Of a stretch of 64,000 bases of DNA, positions 62,708 to 64,000 are shown one piece after another. Source of the DNA: Sedimentisphaerales bacterium (GTDB lineage: Bacteria; Planctomycetota; Phycisphaerae; Sedimentisphaerales; UBA12454); NCBI GenBank assembly GCA_049518795.1, contig JBEKRK010000003.1, forward strand, positions 99,854 to 163,853, in the 5' to 3' direction. The position numbers and the translations under genes are program-made. Position 1 is the first letter of the stretch. Each line of letters opens with the position of its first letter. The notes under the pieces are model-generated. The model was not told the origin of the DNA, did not search any database, and was given only the letters and a program-made list of their open reading frames with translations.

Positions 62708-63655
62708 TTAATGAAACATTGCACTTATTGATTCGTTCCTGTGAATGCGTTTTATCGCTTCGCCAAGAATTTCACTGACCGTCAGCACTTTGAGATTTTT
62801 AAGCTTTTTCACTTCGTCCTTCAGGGCGATAGTATCTGTAACAACTATTTCGTCAATCGGCGAATCTGCGATATTTTTAACCGCTTCATCGCAGAACACG
62901 GCGTGAGTTGCGCCGATGAAAATTTTATTTGCGCCCTGTTCCTTGACTAATTTCGCAGCGGAGCACATTGTGCCAGCGGTTGAAATCATATCATCGCACA
63001 TCAGGACGTTTCTTCCCTCGACGGTGCCGATGATTTCGCCGCATTGAACGTCTCTGCCGTTTATTCGTCTTTTATGTATAATTGCCAAATCGCCGTTGAG
63101 ATGCTGGACATATCTTGCAGCCCGTTTCATATTTCCCACGTCCGGCGAAACAATCGTTAATTTTTCAATTTTTTTGCTCTGAAAATATCCGCTCAGCACC
63201 GGCTCTGCAAAAAGATGGTCAACCGGAATATCGAAAAAGCCCTGCAATTGTGCAGCGTGAAGGTCCATAGCGAGAACTCTGTCTGCCCCGGCTGTCGTAA
63301 TCAGGTTTGCGACTAATTTTGCCGTAATAGGCACTCTGCCTTCGTCTTTTCTGTCCTGCCTTGCGTAACCGAAATAAGGAATTACGGCAGTTACTCTGCT
63401 TGCACTTGCGCGTCTGAGGCAATCGAGAAAAATCAGCAATTCAATAATATTAGCATCAACCGGTTCGCTGCTGGATTGCACAATGAAACAGTCCTTGCCC
63501 CGCACATCATCCTCGCATTTTATTATTTTTTCGCCGTCCGGAAAACGTTCAATCTTGGCCCCGCCCATCGGAACTCCCAGATACTTACATATCTTTGATG
63601 TAAGTTCCGGATTGCTCGAACCGCTGAAAATCTTTATGTTTTCGCTTAGAAACAT
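62708..63655 (-). CDS. prs: Ribose-phosphate pyrophosphokinase
   Basis: It has IKIFSGSSNPELT, YARQDRK and the DLHAAQLQGFF pattern. Confidence 0.95.
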   Translation of the reverse strand: MFLSENIKIFSGSSNPELTSKICKYLGVPMGGAKIERFPDGEKIIKCEDDVRGKDCFIVQSSSEPVDANIIELLIFLDCLRRASASRVTAVIPYFGYARQDRKDEGRVPITAKLVANLITTAGADRVLAMDLHAAQLQGFFDIPVDHLFAEPVLSGYFQSKKIEKLTIVSPDVGNMKRAARYVQHLNGDLAIIHKRRINGRDVQCGEIIGTVEGRNVLMCDDMISTAGTMCSAAKLVKEQGANKIFIGATHAVFCDEAVKNIADSPIDEIVVTDTIALKDEVKKLKNLKVLTVSEILGEAIKRIHRNESISAMFH

Positions 63656-63656
63656 T

Positions 63657-64000
63657 TTAATTCCTTTTCTCTTTTTTAACCGAGTCCCTTACTTCCGTGA
63701 AAACTCCCAGAACTGTATTGTCCGCCAGAACGGCGTTGTCGCGAAGGTAAGCGAACGGTCCAATTCTGCATTTGCTTCCTATCTTTACCTGTCCGTGGAT
63801 ATATGTAAACGGCTCAATTATAGTATCCTGTCCGATTTGAGCGCGGGCGTCAATCCACGTATTCGGCGGGTCAACAATCGTTACGCCGTTCTTCATAAAT
63901 TCTTCCTGAATTCTGCGCTGCATTATTTTTCCGGTTTCGCTTAGCTGCTGTCTGCTGTTAATACTTATCGCATCTTTGGGCGATACCGCCGTTACAGCTA
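63657..64000 (-). CDS. glmU: GlmU-like UDP-GlcNAc pyrophosphorylase, 3' part (5' end outside window); acetyltransferase domain appears truncated
   Basis: The frame is open to the window edge. INSRQQLSETGKIMQRRIQEEFMKNGVTIVDP matches the GlmU linker and the start of the left-handed beta-helix (LbH). The protein ends about 75 aa later, 1 nt before prs. Confidence 0.75.
   Translation of the reverse strand, partial: AVTAVSPKDAISINSRQQLSETGKIMQRRIQEEFMKNGVTIVDPPNTWIDARAQIGQDTIIEPFTYIHGQVKIGSKCRIGPFAYLRDNAVLADNTVLGVFTEVRDSVKKEKRN

Overview
This 64-kb chromosomal window comes from a Gram-negative bacterium. It carries the lpxA / lpxC-fabZ / lpxD / skp / bamA block, and many prepilin-type genes suggest a PVC or Planctomycetota-like organism, though that is inference only. 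I support about 63 protein-coding genes. I recognised no rRNA, tRNA, CRISPR array, integrase or transposase.

Layout:
- 1-9.3 kb: housekeeping genes and an ECF sigma / anti-sigma module.
- 9.35-25.2 kb: a 12-gene co-directional hybrid of type II secretion and type IV pilus genes. It has two GspE/PilB ATPases, PilT, GspF, a GLUG/dockerin secreted protein, three GspG-family pseudopilins and GspH/I/J/K-like pseudopilins. There is no secretin, GspC/L/M or prepilin peptidase.
- 25.7-31.6 kb: mcsB-mcsA, queD, coaD and a deoxy-sugar gene pair.
- 31.6-41.3 kb: an accessory/defence region, described below.
- 41.4-64 kb: core genes. These are rluA-like, nfu, a GT-C membrane protein, mtnA, uvrA, nfi, the lpx/skp/bamA block, dnaB, rplI, rpsR, ssb, rpsF, pth, rplY, prs and a C-terminally short glmU.

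The accessory region contains an HNH-AP2 gene and a methylase-nuclease-methylase (M-R-M) restriction-modification cassette, probably GATC-specific, built around a MutH-like nuclease. After two core-like genes comes an AT-rich three-gene module: an OLD-family ATPase/Toprim nuclease, a compact UvrD-like helicase and an HNH nuclease. This resembles Gabija with an added Septu-like HNH component.

Best candidates for something undescribed:
1. The OLD + mini-UvrD + HNH three-gene module.
2. Several families of short 'stutter' and hairpin repeats that fill almost every intergenic spacer. One family sits exactly on gene boundaries and supplies stop and start codons. Another is caught as a precise 33-nt nested insertion.
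3. The secretin-less T2SS/T4P hybrid with an embedded GLUG/dockerin protein and a roughly 870-aa GspK-like pseudopilin.

All functional calls rest on motif recognition by eye in the supplied translations. No database search was run.
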